This document shows positions 1 to 10,589 of a stretch of DNA of 64,000 bases, piece after piece. This DNA is from Candidatus Bathyarchaeota archaeon (lineage in GTDB: Archaea > Thermoproteota > Bathyarchaeia > Bathyarchaeales > Bathycorpusculaceae), in NCBI GenBank assembly GCA_963775685.1, contig CAVZJV010000001.1:32001-96000 (forward strand). The letters are read 5' to 3'. Every line of letters begins with the position of its first letter. Position 1 is the stretch's first letter. Made by a program: the position numbers and the translations under genes. The notes under the pieces were generated by a model that worked only from the letters and a program-made list of their open reading frames with translations, made no database searches and was not told where the DNA came from.

Positions 1-1
1 T

Positions 2-976
2 ATTGACGAGCATATCTACCATAACACACCAGTTGAACGGCTGAAAACGTTTGCTGATGAAGTAAAAGCTAACGTGGTAATTGTTGGGCATTCCCACGAA
101 CAGTTTTGGAGAGAGGTAAAAGGAGCCAGCTTCATCAACCCTGGAAGCGTGGGAAGACCTGGGGATGGGAATCCTCAGGCGGCTTACGCGATCTTGAGCT
201 TCAAACCTTTCAAAGTCGACTTAATTCGGTTGGATTACGACGTTGAAGCTGCAGTTCATGCTATTAGGAAGAAGAGTTTGCCTGAAAGTTTTGCTCAGAT
301 GCTTCTTCGCGGTGTATCGCTTGACACAATTATAAAAGAAGACCAAATTAAAGAAGACCTGATGGTTCAAGACTGCAAAGGCATGGCGAAAGCTTCAAGT
401 GACATCTCAAAAGAGTATTGGCCGGACATTGACCATTACCTTCAGGTTAAGAAACTCGCGTTAATGGTCTTCGACGGGTCTATCAGGATACACAAGTTTG
501 GTATGAGGGAAAGATGCTGGCTCGAATGCGCCACAATCCTGCACGATGTTGGCTTGTCAAAATCCAGACGCGGGCACCAAAAAGAATCAGCCACACTTAT
601 CCTAAATGATGCCCGGTTGCCCTTTGCTTCCAAGGAAAGACGTATAATAGCAAGCATCGCCCGGTACCACCGCAAAGCCTTACCCAAACAAAATGACAAC
701 ATCCTCGTCGCATTCAATCGGGAAACGATGCGTAAAATAATAACTCTGGCAGGCATTCTGCGTGTAGCTGACAGCTTGGATTATTCACATCAGTCAATCG
801 TAGAAGTTTTAAATTTTAAAGTTGGAACTAAAAGAATTGTTATAGAATACATTTCCGAATCGAAGTCCCCGCCGGAAGAGCAGGCTTTTAATAAGAAGAA
901 GGATTTGTTTGAAAAGGTCTTCGCTAAAAGAATGGTGCTAATATGGAAGCAACCGTCAAAAACGCTGGACATGTAG
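2..976 (+). CDS. Metallophosphoesterase (YfcE-like) fused to a Ppx/GppA-type HD domain; 5' end lies outside the window
   Basis: Frame is open from base 2. GHSH and INPGSVG phosphoesterase motifs are followed by LHDVG and ARYHRK HD motifs resembling the C-terminus of the downstream Ppx. Confidence 0.8.
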   Translation: MDEHIYHNTPVERLKTFADEVKANVVIVGHSHEQFWREVKGASFINPGSVGRPGDGNPQAAYAILSFKPFKVDLIRLDYDVEAAVHAIRKKSLPESFAQMLLRGVSLDTIIKEDQIKEDLMVQDCKGMAKASSDISKEYWPDIDHYLQVKKLALMVFDGSIRIHKFGMRERCWLECATILHDVGLSKSRRGHQKESATLILNDARLPFASKERRIIASIARYHRKALPKQNDNILVAFNRETMRKIITLAGILRVADSLDYSHQSIVEVLNFKVGTKRIVIEYISESKSPPEEQAFNKKKDLFEKVFAKRMVLIWKQPSKTLDM

Positions 977-2523
977 TTGGGTTCGTGGACATTGGAACAA
1001 ACGCAGTGCGTCTTTTAGTAGTAAGAATAAACCCCAATTTTTCGTACACAATTATCAGTCAAGAAAAAGAAGTGGTCAGACTCGGCGAAGATGAATTCAA
1101 AGATAACATACTTAAACCTCAAGCTATAGAACGCGCCATTTTTGTCTGCGGAAAATTTGCTAACCTCGCCAAAACCTACGGTGCCTCAAAAATAATAGCA
1201 GTCGGAACCTCAGCAATTCGAGAAGCCAAAAACCAATGCGACTTCCTCCAAAGCCTCCACGAGAAAACGGGCCTCAATGTTTCCGTTATTTCAGGAGATG
1301 AAGAAGCACGCTTCATTTGGTTGGGTGTTTCCAGCGGTATAGATATTGGCGACCAAAAAGCCATTTTCATTGATTTAGGCGGCGGCAGCACTGAAATTGC
1401 CATCGGAAACCAACATGAATATTTCTATTTGAACAGTCTTAGGTTAGGGGCTATCCGGCTAACTTCAAAGTTTATTGGTGAAGGCTGGACAGGAGCTATA
1501 AAAACTGAAACCTACAAGAAGATTAAACATTACGCCTGCAGCAAGATAAAGGTAGTTAAACCGAGAGTTTTAGAGTATGGCGCTAGGTTGGCATGGGGCT
1601 CGTCAGGAACAATGATAAACTTAGCAGAGGTCTCAAATAAGCTGTTCAAGAAAAACAGCGCCAGCAACGAGTTAGTGTTATCTAGGAAAAACCTCAAAAA
1701 GTTGGCGACGGTTCTTTGTTGGCTGCCTCTAGCGGAAAGGAAAAAAGTACCTGCCATCAACCCAGAGCGCGCTGACATTATAATAGCAGGAGCAGCTATA
1801 ATTGATGCAATCATGGAGCAATTTGGCATAGAGGAAATCCGTATTAGTCATCGAGAACTCCGAGACGGATTGCTTGCTGATTACTTATCGAATTTTGAGG
1901 GCTTTCGGGAACTCCAAAAAGAACCGATGAGAAACAGGGGAATTCTGCATTTAGGCAGGTCGTGTAATTTTGATGAGAAGCATTCAGAAACAGTTGCTTT
2001 CTTGGCATTACAACTTTTCGATAGCGCAAAACAAATTGGGCTACATAATCTGGGCGAGCCAGAGAGGGAGCTCTTAAAGCACGCTGCGACTTTGCATGAC
2101 GTTGGCGATTTCCTCTCATTTAATAACCATCAGCTTCATTCTCACTACATAATCAGTAACGCCGAACTTCTGGGTTTTGACAAGAGGGAAATCCAAGTAA
2201 TGGCTAACATTGCGCGTTTTCACAGGAAAAAGTTGCCTACTAAGAAAGCTTTGAAAAACACAGGTTTGGACGATAAGACTAACAATTCCATTGCAGTACT
2301 TTCGACGTTTTTGCGATTTGCCGAAAAGCTTGATCGAACCCACTCTTGTCTTGTTGAAAAGGCAGAATTCGTTAAAGTAAATAAAGAACAGATATTACTC
2401 TCTTTTTATTCCGCTTCAGATTGCAGCTTGGAACAGTGGAGCGTCATCCAGAATCGGCAAGCATTCTTTGAAGCTTTCGGAAAACAACTTGATGCTCAAT
2501 GCACAGTAACAGTTAGCAAGTAA
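943..2523 (+). CDS. ppx: Ppx/GppA exopolyphosphatase with C-terminal HD domain
   Basis: DIGTNAVR, GTSAIREA, ISGDEEA and DLGGGSTE ASKHA motifs; LHDVG HD domain. Confidence 0.92.
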   Translation: MEATVKNAGHVVGFVDIGTNAVRLLVVRINPNFSYTIISQEKEVVRLGEDEFKDNILKPQAIERAIFVCGKFANLAKTYGASKIIAVGTSAIREAKNQCDFLQSLHEKTGLNVSVISGDEEARFIWLGVSSGIDIGDQKAIFIDLGGGSTEIAIGNQHEYFYLNSLRLGAIRLTSKFIGEGWTGAIKTETYKKIKHYACSKIKVVKPRVLEYGARLAWGSSGTMINLAEVSNKLFKKNSASNELVLSRKNLKKLATVLCWLPLAERKKVPAINPERADIIIAGAAIIDAIMEQFGIEEIRISHRELRDGLLADYLSNFEGFRELQKEPMRNRGILHLGRSCNFDEKHSETVAFLALQLFDSAKQIGLHNLGEPERELLKHAATLHDVGDFLSFNNHQLHSHYIISNAELLGFDKREIQVMANIARFHRKKLPTKKALKNTGLDDKTNNSIAVLSTFLRFAEKLDRTHSCLVEKAEFVKVNKEQILLSFYSASDCSLEQWSVIQNRQAFFEAFGKQLDAQCTVTVSK

Positions 2524-2536
2524 TCAAATCAGACGG

Positions 2537-3439
2537 TTATTCTTTTTTCAGTTCCGTCTTCGCTTCTTCAAAGGCAACGCATTGCTCTTTGCTCAAAACA
2601 GGATATTTCAGATCCAACTTTTTGATTTGTGACAGAATAATCTCAGAAATCGATGCATGAGTAACCCATTTCTTATCAGCAGGTATAACATACCAAGGTG
2701 CCCATTCAGTGCTTGTTTTGTTAAGCATCTCCTCGTATGCTTCCATGTAATCCTTCCATTTTGATCGTTCAGAAATGTCAGTGAGCGAAAATTTCCATTC
2801 CTTATCAGGGTCTTCGAGGCGTTCAAGCAGACGTTGTTTTTGTTTTTTCATTGAAACGTTAAGGAAAAATTTTAACACTACTGTACCACTACGAACCAGA
2901 TGGCGTTCAAACATGTTTATGTCTTCGTAGCGTCGATTCCAGAAAAGTTTTTCGTCATCTCCTGGAGGCGATTTCTGTTTTTTCAAGACTTCTGGTCGAA
3001 CCTTAACTATTAACACGTCCTCGTAATATGAGCGGTTAAAAATTCCTATACTTCCTCTTTCTGGAAGGGCTTTTTCGTGGCGCCATAAGAAATCGTGATT
3101 TAGTTCCTCTTCCGTTGGAGTTTTGAAACTCGACACTTGGCAGCCTTGCGGGTTAATTCCTGACATTACATGCCTAATTGTGCTATCTTTACCTGCTGCA
3201 TCCATACCTTGAAGTATAATCAGCATTGAATATCTACCGCTCGCCCAAAAAAGCTCCTGCATCTCAACCAGTTTTTTTCTGTTTGTTTCAAGAATAGCTA
3301 ATGCTTGTTCTTTGATTCCTCTTTTCCCCTCTTTTTCTTCCTGTTTTTTAGCCCATTTAGGAATCCACCCAGGATCGTAAGCCGTCACGCTTACGCCTTT
3401 TCCTACAGGTACCTTGAACTCGTTTACATCTATTGACAA
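2537..3439 (-). CDS. ppk2: Polyphosphate kinase 2 family protein
   Basis: GMDAAGKD Walker A, HDFLWR, FNRSYYEDV and APWYVIPADKKW motifs. Confidence 0.92.
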   Translation of the reverse strand: MSIDVNEFKVPVGKGVSVTAYDPGWIPKWAKKQEEKEGKRGIKEQALAILETNRKKLVEMQELFWASGRYSMLIILQGMDAAGKDSTIRHVMSGINPQGCQVSSFKTPTEEELNHDFLWRHEKALPERGSIGIFNRSYYEDVLIVKVRPEVLKKQKSPPGDDEKLFWNRRYEDINMFERHLVRSGTVVLKFFLNVSMKKQKQRLLERLEDPDKEWKFSLTDISERSKWKDYMEAYEEMLNKTSTEWAPWYVIPADKKWVTHASISEIILSQIKKLDLKYPVLSKEQCVAFEEAKTELKKE

Positions 3440-3716
3440 CCCTAAAACCTTCCCAAGAGATTAAGTTAAGGCGCCTAATATTAGCTATGGCTCTGCATTC
3501 GGCATGAATATTTCATGACCTTTTCCGAAAGAGGATCAAAAATCCTGATGCCTTTAAAGAAAAAATCTCCACGCCCTTTTATAGCTAAATCTAAGAGTCA
3601 AGGATTAAAGCTTGGAAGTGGAGAACAACCTTGTGGAGCGTTAAGTGAATATATTAGTTTTAAAACAAACTGGGCGGAGGATAACTTTTGTCTTCAAAGT
3701 AGCTTGACTTGTACGT

Positions 3717-4361
3717 TTAGTCCAAGTTTATTTTTTCGCCTGTTACTATGTACACAATGGATTCACATACGTAAGTCGCGTGGTCAGCAATTCGCTCTAA
3801 ATATCTTGTCATTAAAGCGCTTGATATTATACATTTACTGTTGGTGTGCTCAGTATTTATTAGTTTATGGAGATAATCAAAGTACATTCTGTCTACTTCG
3901 CGTTCGGTTTGAGAGATAGTTTTGGCAAGGACAACATCCTGTTTTTTGAGGGAATCTACGCTTATTTTGACCATTGAAAGAACTTTTTCGCTCATTTCGC
4001 TGATATAGTCTTTTGTCCAGGGTTCGCATTGTTTTAAGCCGTTTAATTGGTCGCTGATATAGGAAATGTCTAGAGCATATCTGCCGTATCTTGCAAAATC
4101 ATTGGCTATCTTCATGTGTGATTTTATTGTTCTAAGGTCCGTAGCGACTGGCTGAAACCGAGCAATTAACTGGAAGGTTTCATCTTCTATTTTATCAGCC
4201 ATAGAAAGTAAAATATCTGAAAGTTCCCGTACGTGGTTATGAACATTTTTGTCTTGAAGATAACCATGTATGGCTATGGCAAGGGTTTCGAATGTTAACT
4301 CGCCCATTCTAACAATCATAACTGATTGTTCTTCTAGTCCATAATCTATTATTCTACTCAT
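3717..4361 (-). CDS. phoU: Phosphate transport regulator PhoU
   Basis: RFQPVATDLR and LERIADHA PhoU repeats; directly follows pstB. Confidence 0.9.
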   Translation of the reverse strand: MSRIIDYGLEEQSVMIVRMGELTFETLAIAIHGYLQDKNVHNHVRELSDILLSMADKIEDETFQLIARFQPVATDLRTIKSHMKIANDFARYGRYALDISYISDQLNGLKQCEPWTKDYISEMSEKVLSMVKISVDSLKKQDVVLAKTISQTEREVDRMYFDYLHKLINTEHTNSKCIISSALMTRYLERIADHATYVCESIVYIVTGEKINLD

Positions 4362-4370
4362 AACTATCTC

Positions 4371-5132
4371 CTATCCAAATTCTCCTGTTATGTATTTTTC
4401 TGTTAACGGGTTCTTTGGAGACTCAAAAATGTCCTTTGTTGGACCAAACTCTATTAACTCACCCAGGTAGAGGAAAGCCGTATAGTCAGATACTCTTGAG
4501 GCTTGCTGCATATTATGAGTTACAATACCGACTGTATAATCACGTTTAAGCTCAACAACCAATCGCTCAATCTTGGCGGAGGCAATCGGGTCTAATGCTG
4601 AAGTGGGCTCATCCATTAAGATAATCTCAGGCTGCAATGCAATAGCCCGCGCAATACATAGCCTCTGTTGCTGTCCTCCGGAGATGCTTGTACCCGGCTT
4701 CTTTAAATCATCTTTCACTTCATCCCAAAGCGTTGACCTCTCTAGACTACGCCTAACCACCTCATCAAGGTTCTTTCCCTTTCTGGCACCAGTCAACTTC
4801 AAGCCTGCTGCAACATTATCGTAAATAGACATTGTTGGGAAAGGGTTTGGTTTCTGGAAAACCATTCCGACCCGCCGTCTAATCATTACGGGGTCTACAC
4901 TTGGGTCATAAATATTTTGACCATCAAGAAGGACCTGCCCAGATATTTTGGACCCTGACACCAATTCATGCATTCTGTTTAAGGTACGGATAAATGTGGA
5001 TTTTCCACATCCTGATGGTCCAATTATGGCTGTAATTGCGTTTGTCTTAAGTGAAATATTGATATCCTTTAGGGCTTGCTTTGTACCAAACCAAGCGTTC
5101 AAGTTTACACTTTGCATTTTTACATTATTCAA
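4371..5132 (-). CDS. pstB: Phosphate ABC transporter ATPase
   Basis: [46 protein letters not shown]. Confidence 0.96.
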   Translation of the reverse strand: MNNVKMQSVNLNAWFGTKQALKDINISLKTNAITAIIGPSGCGKSTFIRTLNRMHELVSGSKISGQVLLDGQNIYDPSVDPVMIRRRVGMVFQKPNPFPTMSIYDNVAAGLKLTGARKGKNLDEVVRRSLERSTLWDEVKDDLKKPGTSISGGQQQRLCIARAIALQPEIILMDEPTSALDPIASAKIERLVVELKRDYTVGIVTHNMQQASRVSDYTAFLYLGELIEFGPTKDIFESPKNPLTEKYITGEFG

Positions 5133-5139
5133 TATTGTG

Positions 5140-5982
5140 TCACCTGGAAAATAGACCTCTACCTCGGCTTGCTAATCTAACACCTATGTTGAGAGCCAAA
5201 ACTATTAAAATTAACACCAACGACGCCCCCCAAGCTTGAGCTTGCAATTCCGGTGAGGGCAGCCGCGAGTCAAGAAAAATCCTAAGCGGTAAGGCATCCA
5301 TTGGCGCATTGAGACCTTGAAAAAAGAAGCTACTGCCTAATATTGTAAGCAATATGGGCGCAGTCTCTCCAGCAATTCTAGCAATGGCTAGAAGGGTACC
5401 AGTTATTAATCCACCTTTTGCGGAGGGTATTACAATACTAAAGATTGTTCTCCATCTGTGTACTCCTAAAGCCATTGAAGCCTCACGTACACTATTAGAA
5501 ACGAGCTTCATTGATTCTTCAGTGGTTCTTGCTACAATAGGAATCAACATGAAAGAAAGCGCTATGGCTCCAGCAAAGGGTGAAAAAGTGCCTATTAATC
5601 CAATTACGATTATAATATACGCAGTAATGCCTACTATTATGGATGGAAACTCTGTGATTATGTCATTCACAGTTCTCAACCAGGACGCATACTTGTTATT
5701 TCCAAACTCGGATAAGTACACTCCCGACAATACACCTATTGGGACCCCAATTAAGCTAGTTAACCCTATAAGAATTAAGGATCCCTGAATTGCAGGTCCG
5801 ATACCATTATGCAAACCGTTAGCAGTTAAAAAGTTCAGGCTTAGCGCAGGGGCTCCGCGAACTATAACTTCATAGAGGATACTAATCAAAGGCACTATTG
5901 CAATCAAAACGCAGGCTAGGCATAGAATGTAGAAAAACTTATTCTTGAATTTTCGGAAATGGTAGTTATCAAACTTGAACAC
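5140..5982 (-). CDS. pstA: Phosphate ABC transporter permease
   Basis: Multi-TM protein with ARIAGETAP motif, within the pst operon. Confidence 0.93.
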   Translation of the reverse strand: MFKFDNYHFRKFKNKFFYILCLACVLIAIVPLISILYEVIVRGAPALSLNFLTANGLHNGIGPAIQGSLILIGLTSLIGVPIGVLSGVYLSEFGNNKYASWLRTVNDIITEFPSIIVGITAYIIIVIGLIGTFSPFAGAIALSFMLIPIVARTTEESMKLVSNSVREASMALGVHRWRTIFSIVIPSAKGGLITGTLLAIARIAGETAPILLTILGSSFFFQGLNAPMDALPLRIFLDSRLPSPELQAQAWGASLVLILIVLALNIGVRLASRGRGLFSR

Positions 5983-6011
5983 CTGGAATAGCCGGAAAAG
6001 CTTGTTGACCT

Positions 6012-6974
6012 TTATTCCACGGCGCCTCCCTTGATTTTCAGAACCCGGGTTACCATTATATGGGCTAATATGTTAATGATTAGACTAATTACAAGCAAAG
6101 TCAATCCTGCACCTATGTATGCAGCGCTTTCAAGCGGTGTTTGAGCGTCAAAGAAACCATTAGCAATCAATGAAGGCAATGTCTGACCTGGCTGAAAAAG
6201 CGTTGTTGGCATTGCATTTGGGCCAATGGCGTTACCAATAACCATTGTCACGGCCATAGTTTCGCCCACAGCCCTTCCTAAACCAAGAATTACTGCTCCG
6301 AAAATTCCCGAGCGCCCGTAGCAGATCACCCAATGGCGGATGACCTCCCATTTTGTTGCGCCGATGCTGTAGGCCGCTTCTCGGATCGAATTTGGAACTG
6401 CGCTGATGACTTCTCTAGTTACCGAAGCAACTGTTGGAATAATCATTATTGAAAGGATAATTCCCGCCGTAAAGAAATCTAACCCGAATGGTGCTCCGCT
6501 GAAAATGGGGATCCAGCCAAGACACGCATGTAAAGGTCTTTCAATATAATCTAGAACCCAAAACCGAAGAATAAACAAGCCCCAGAGCCCAAAAATAACG
6601 CTGGGTACGGCGGCGAGCAACTCAACTAGGTATGAAAATGGAACTTTTATGGCTTTGGGCGACATCTCTACAAGGAAAACGGCAATGCCTAAACTTAAAG
6701 GAACACCAATCAGCAAAGCGATGCCTGCTGTGATAAGTGTTCCAAAAACATAAGGGAGGACACCGAAAGTTTGTGTGACATGGTTCCAACTAGTTCCAAC
6801 CAGAAAGTTGAAACCAAACCTACCGACGACAACAGTTGATCCTGAGATAAGAATGTAAGCGTTAATTATAAGAATGACAGCGGCTGAGGCTGCGATAACT
6901 CCTACTAAGACTTTGAAGATGTTGTCGCCTGTCAGCTTACGCATCATGCAAATCTGCTCGCATTTTTTATACAT
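6012..6974 (-). CDS. pstC: Phosphate ABC transporter permease
   Basis: ELLAAVPSVIFGLWG and GRAVGETMAV motifs; true start may be the second or third Met. Confidence 0.93.
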   Translation of the reverse strand: MYKKCEQICMMRKLTGDNIFKVLVGVIAASAAVILIINAYILISGSTVVVGRFGFNFLVGTSWNHVTQTFGVLPYVFGTLITAGIALLIGVPLSLGIAVFLVEMSPKAIKVPFSYLVELLAAVPSVIFGLWGLFILRFWVLDYIERPLHACLGWIPIFSGAPFGLDFFTAGIILSIMIIPTVASVTREVISAVPNSIREAAYSIGATKWEVIRHWVICYGRSGIFGAVILGLGRAVGETMAVTMVIGNAIGPNAMPTTLFQPGQTLPSLIANGFFDAQTPLESAAYIGAGLTLLVISLIINILAHIMVTRVLKIKGGAVE

Positions 6975-7021
6975 TAAACAAAAAAAGGTTTGGAATAAGA
7001 TTAAACCAATCTCATGAAATT

Positions 7022-8143
7022 TTAATGTGTTGGCACCAACTGCCCATTGAAGGTTATTGAGTTCAGTGTGGTTTCGTCGAGTTGAACTAGGTTCGATGGA
7101 AGTCTTGCATATTCAAGTGCACCAGCTTGTTGCTGACCATCATGCACGACATACCAGATGTATTGAACTATTGCTGTTGCTTTGTCCATTGTCATTCCTG
7201 GAACGACTTTGAGTTCTTTGTATACTAGCAGGTAGGTTGGATTAACGATTGGATAAGCTTGATCGCCAGAGGTATTAAGTATGGCTACGTTTGCCCAGCT
7301 GTCACTTCCGGATGGAAGTCCACTTGTTGGGAGGGATGCGGCTGCTGCGGTTGTGGAGTCAAGAGAAGGTAGCACATAGTTTCCTGCTGGGTTTTGGAGG
7401 GCAACAACTGGGATGGAGTTTTGAAGAGCATAAGCTAATTCGATATATCCGATTGCGTAGTCTGTTTGGGTAACTGTGGCTGCAACATTGGCATTTCCGC
7501 TTGCACCGACGCCTACAGGCCATTCAACTGTGGTGCTAGCTCCCACGTTTGAGCTCCAGGCAGGACTAACCAGCGAAAGATATTTTGTGAACCAGTTGGT
7601 CGTTCCAGAGCCATCAGACCTGTGAGCAACTATTATGGCTTGGTTTGGCAAGGGCAAATCTGGGTTAATTGCTGTTATTGCGGGGTCATTCCATTTTGTA
7701 ATAGTTCCAAGATATATGTCAGCAAGTAAACTGCCTGTAAGTTTTAGGCCTGAATCAATTCCAGGTAAGTTATAGGCTACTGTGATTGCTCCGACGGTTT
7801 CTGGGATGTGAAGTGCATTTGATGCTACGGCTCTTTGGTCATTTGTTAATGGGGCGTCTGAGCCTGCGAAGTCAACAACTCCGTTTGTGAAATCAGTGAT
7901 GCCTTTTCCGCTGCCTCCTCCTTGATAGTTAATTTGTACATTTGGCTTTATTGAGGAATATGCGATAATTGTGGCGTTGAGAAATGGCTGGGGGAATGTT
8001 GCTCCTGAGGCGTTGAGGTTTACGGATGTTGAGGTTGAGGGGTTTGAGAGATAAATGTATGCCACTACAGAGCCAAGTATTATGGCAATTGCAATTATGG
8101 CTATTATAATTGTGTATTTAGTATTCATATTTTTTATCCTCAT
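7022..8143 (-). CDS. pstS: Phosphate-binding protein with N-terminal membrane anchor
   Basis: SGATFP, GGGSGKG, DFAGSDAP and HRSDGSGTT motifs. Confidence 0.95.
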   Translation of the reverse strand: MRIKNMNTKYTIIIAIIAIAIILGSVVAYIYLSNPSTSTSVNLNASGATFPQPFLNATIIAYSSIKPNVQINYQGGGSGKGITDFTNGVVDFAGSDAPLTNDQRAVASNALHIPETVGAITVAYNLPGIDSGLKLTGSLLADIYLGTITKWNDPAITAINPDLPLPNQAIIVAHRSDGSGTTNWFTKYLSLVSPAWSSNVGASTTVEWPVGVGASGNANVAATVTQTDYAIGYIELAYALQNSIPVVALQNPAGNYVLPSLDSTTAAAASLPTSGLPSGSDSWANVAILNTSGDQAYPIVNPTYLLVYKELKVVPGMTMDKATAIVQYIWYVVHDGQQQAGALEYARLPSNLVQLDETTLNSITFNGQLVPTH

Positions 8144-8159
8144 TTTTAATTCATAAAAG

Positions 8160-8245
8160 GAAAGCCATTGGTTATATAGTAAATCTCCATAAAATTTATA
8201 GTCTATATAGACATACCTAATATAACTACAACTTATAGAGGAATT
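8160..8245. promoter_or_regulatory. Divergent pstS / regulator promoter with TATA-like and CTATATAG palindromic elements
   Basis: AT-rich ~100 bp gap between divergent genes containing GTCTATATAGAC (8202-8213) and TTATATAG. Confidence 0.45.
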
Positions 8246-8248
8246 AAC

Positions 8249-9310
8249 TTGGAGTCAAGAGTGACCAAAGAAAAAGAAAAATTAAGTGAAGAACAACGAA
8301 AACTACAGGTAACAGGCGGTTCTACATTCATAATTTCCTTGCCTAAAGAATGGGCCACCAAAAATGAATTAAAAAGGGGAAGCTCTATGATGGTCCGCGA
8401 AGAAGAAGACGGCTCGCTATCCATAGCACCATCGAGTTTCCCTAAGAAAGAAAAACATGACGAAGCCTACATCAAAACTGCCTCAAACGATAACCCTGAT
8501 GCCATCATGAGAACTGCAATCTCCGCGTACTTAAGCGGCTACAACATCTTACACATAAAATCCCAAGGACAAAAAGTTCTTTCTTGGAAACTTCGAAATC
8601 ACCTTAAGGGGTTTGCCAGAAATTACTTAGTGGGAACAGAAATCGTCATCGATACCCCAATTGACCTTACCTTACAGGTATTACTAAATTATCCAGAATT
8701 AACAGTTCAAAACGCACTAAGCAGGATGTCGATAATTGCATCATCTATGCATAAAGAGGCAATAGCGTCGTTAAAGAGACTGGATTACTCTAGTGCTAAA
8801 GCCGTCATTGAAACTGACCGAGAAGTAAACCGCTTTGGTCTTTACATTGTACGACTTTTGAAGTTGGCCGTTTCAAACCAAAGAATTGTGAAAGAAATCG
8901 GATTAACCAGTCAAAAAGAATGCTTAGGATACAGGCTTTTAGCAAAAGCAGTTGAGAGAACCGCTGACCACGCAACTAAAATCGCCGAAAACACTCTGCT
9001 ACTTAAAGAGCCCGTAAACGAGGAACTTTTAGAAAAAATAAGTCAACTGAGTAGTTTGGCTATTTCAATGTTTGAGAATTCGATGGAAGCGTTGTTTAAG
9101 CATGATTTTAACTTGGCTGAAAATGTCATTGAAAGACTATGTCAAGTGCATAAGCTTGAGAAAGAAGTAGTTTTGTACGCGCACAATGCTAAGATTGAGG
9201 AAATAGTTAACTTGAGATTGCTAATTGAAAGTGTTAGGCGAACCGCTGAGTATGCAGCCGACATTTCCGAGGTTGTTCTAAATTTAAATGTTGAATCAGT
9301 TTTAAATTAA
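8249..9310 (+). CDS. Archaeal phosphate uptake regulator (AbrB N-terminal domain plus two PhoU domains)
   Basis: RKLQVTGGSTFIISLPKEW AbrB motif; ERTADHA and RRTAEYAADI PhoU repeats. Confidence 0.9.
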   Translation: MESRVTKEKEKLSEEQRKLQVTGGSTFIISLPKEWATKNELKRGSSMMVREEEDGSLSIAPSSFPKKEKHDEAYIKTASNDNPDAIMRTAISAYLSGYNILHIKSQGQKVLSWKLRNHLKGFARNYLVGTEIVIDTPIDLTLQVLLNYPELTVQNALSRMSIIASSMHKEAIASLKRLDYSSAKAVIETDREVNRFGLYIVRLLKLAVSNQRIVKEIGLTSQKECLGYRLLAKAVERTADHATKIAENTLLLKEPVNEELLEKISQLSSLAISMFENSMEALFKHDFNLAENVIERLCQVHKLEKEVVLYAHNAKIEEIVNLRLLIESVRRTAEYAADISEVVLNLNVESVLN

Positions 9311-9497
9311 TTTATTAGCTTGCTCTTGATGAGATAATCTTGAGGGTCTACTGATTCTTCCTTTTTGACTATGCCGAATAACACTTTCTGCTGAAACACT
9401 CATATTGAAAGCACATTTGATTGCTAAAATTTAAAAAAAAGAGCAGGTATTACTCGTTTTCAAACTGCTGTGTTTAGATGTCGATTGAGTGATTGTA

Positions 9498-9671
9498 TCA
9501 TTGAAACGCTTGAAGGAAACAGAGTATTTCTGAATTTTGACTTACACTTGAACTATCAATTAGGTGAGCTGTACCGTCAGGGCAGTATACTTTGTCCCCT
9601 TTCCGGGTTTTTTGGTAGCGTCTGCTACACTCTCTAAGTTTTGAGCAACCATCACAATCTCTTGATAGCAT
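9498..9671 (-). CDS. Small Cys-rich protein (57 aa), not in the ORF track
   Basis: MLSRDCDGCSKLRECSRRYQKTRKGDKVYCPDGTAHLID..., preceded by a GAGGTGA Shine-Dalgarno and a TATA-rich region. Confidence 0.55.
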   Translation of the reverse strand: MLSRDCDGCSKLRECSRRYQKTRKGDKVYCPDGTAHLIDSSSVSQNSEILCFLQAFQ

Positions 9672-9833
9672 TCTTTCTTTTCACCTCTAATTATATTCAA
9701 GAGATACATCATCGCAGACACCTATAGAGATGGTCCCCATAAACTATATATAAAATATAGAAGCATGCAAAAAAATTGTTAAACCGCACGGCAACGTTTA
9801 AGAAACAAAGAAAACACTCAAACCCAGACATCA

Positions 9834-10490
9834 ATGAACTACAAACGATGGAAACCAAAAGGCATTTTTCTAGACTTAGACGGAACCATCGTAGATTCAA
9901 CAGGGGCCTACATTGAAGCCGCCAGAATTGCCTTCAAAGCCGCGAGCAAATCAATACCTGAAACAAGAGTTCTCCTTGAAATCCCAAAAAGAATAGAGCA
10001 ACACCTCACAATCGATGACTTAACACTTGGAAACACAAAAGATTTCATGCAAGTCTACCTAAAAGCGTACTATTCCGTAACGGAAACAAAAACTAAACTT
10101 ATGCCAAATGTTTCAGATACACTGCAGACATTCTCAGCAAGCGCGAAGCTTGCGTTAATAACTATGCGTCACTGTCCAAGCCAAGTCATCCAAAAAGAAC
10201 TTGACTATTTTGGCATCGCAAAATACTTCACTCACATAGTAACCGCCATGGATACCTCAAAGCCTAAACCTTCGCCTGAAGCATTAATCCGATGTGTAAA
10301 AGCTTTGGATCTTGAAATGTGTGATTGCATCATAGCTGGGGACTCAGTTAACGATGTGCGAGCCGGAAAAGCGGCAGGCGCAAGAACTGTTGCTTTGCTT
10401 TCAGGGTTGTTTGAACGTGACGAATTGGCCAGAGAATGCCCAGATTTGATATTGCCCAACCTCAATGCGCTTCCGGCGTTCATTGAGTAG
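9834..10490 (+). CDS. HAD-superfamily hydrolase (phosphoglycolate phosphatase-like)
   Basis: DLDGTIVD, KPSPE and GDSVND motifs. Confidence 0.88.
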   Translation: MNYKRWKPKGIFLDLDGTIVDSTGAYIEAARIAFKAASKSIPETRVLLEIPKRIEQHLTIDDLTLGNTKDFMQVYLKAYYSVTETKTKLMPNVSDTLQTFSASAKLALITMRHCPSQVIQKELDYFGIAKYFTHIVTAMDTSKPKPSPEALIRCVKALDLEMCDCIIAGDSVNDVRAGKAAGARTVALLSGLFERDELARECPDLILPNLNALPAFIE

Positions 10491-10589
10491 AACCTTTTCG
10501 GTATATCAGAATTTGATATATTGCTATAATCTGCTTAGGCAGTTATATGCGTAAGAAAAAATAAGGTTTAATTAAAACCTCAATCTTAA

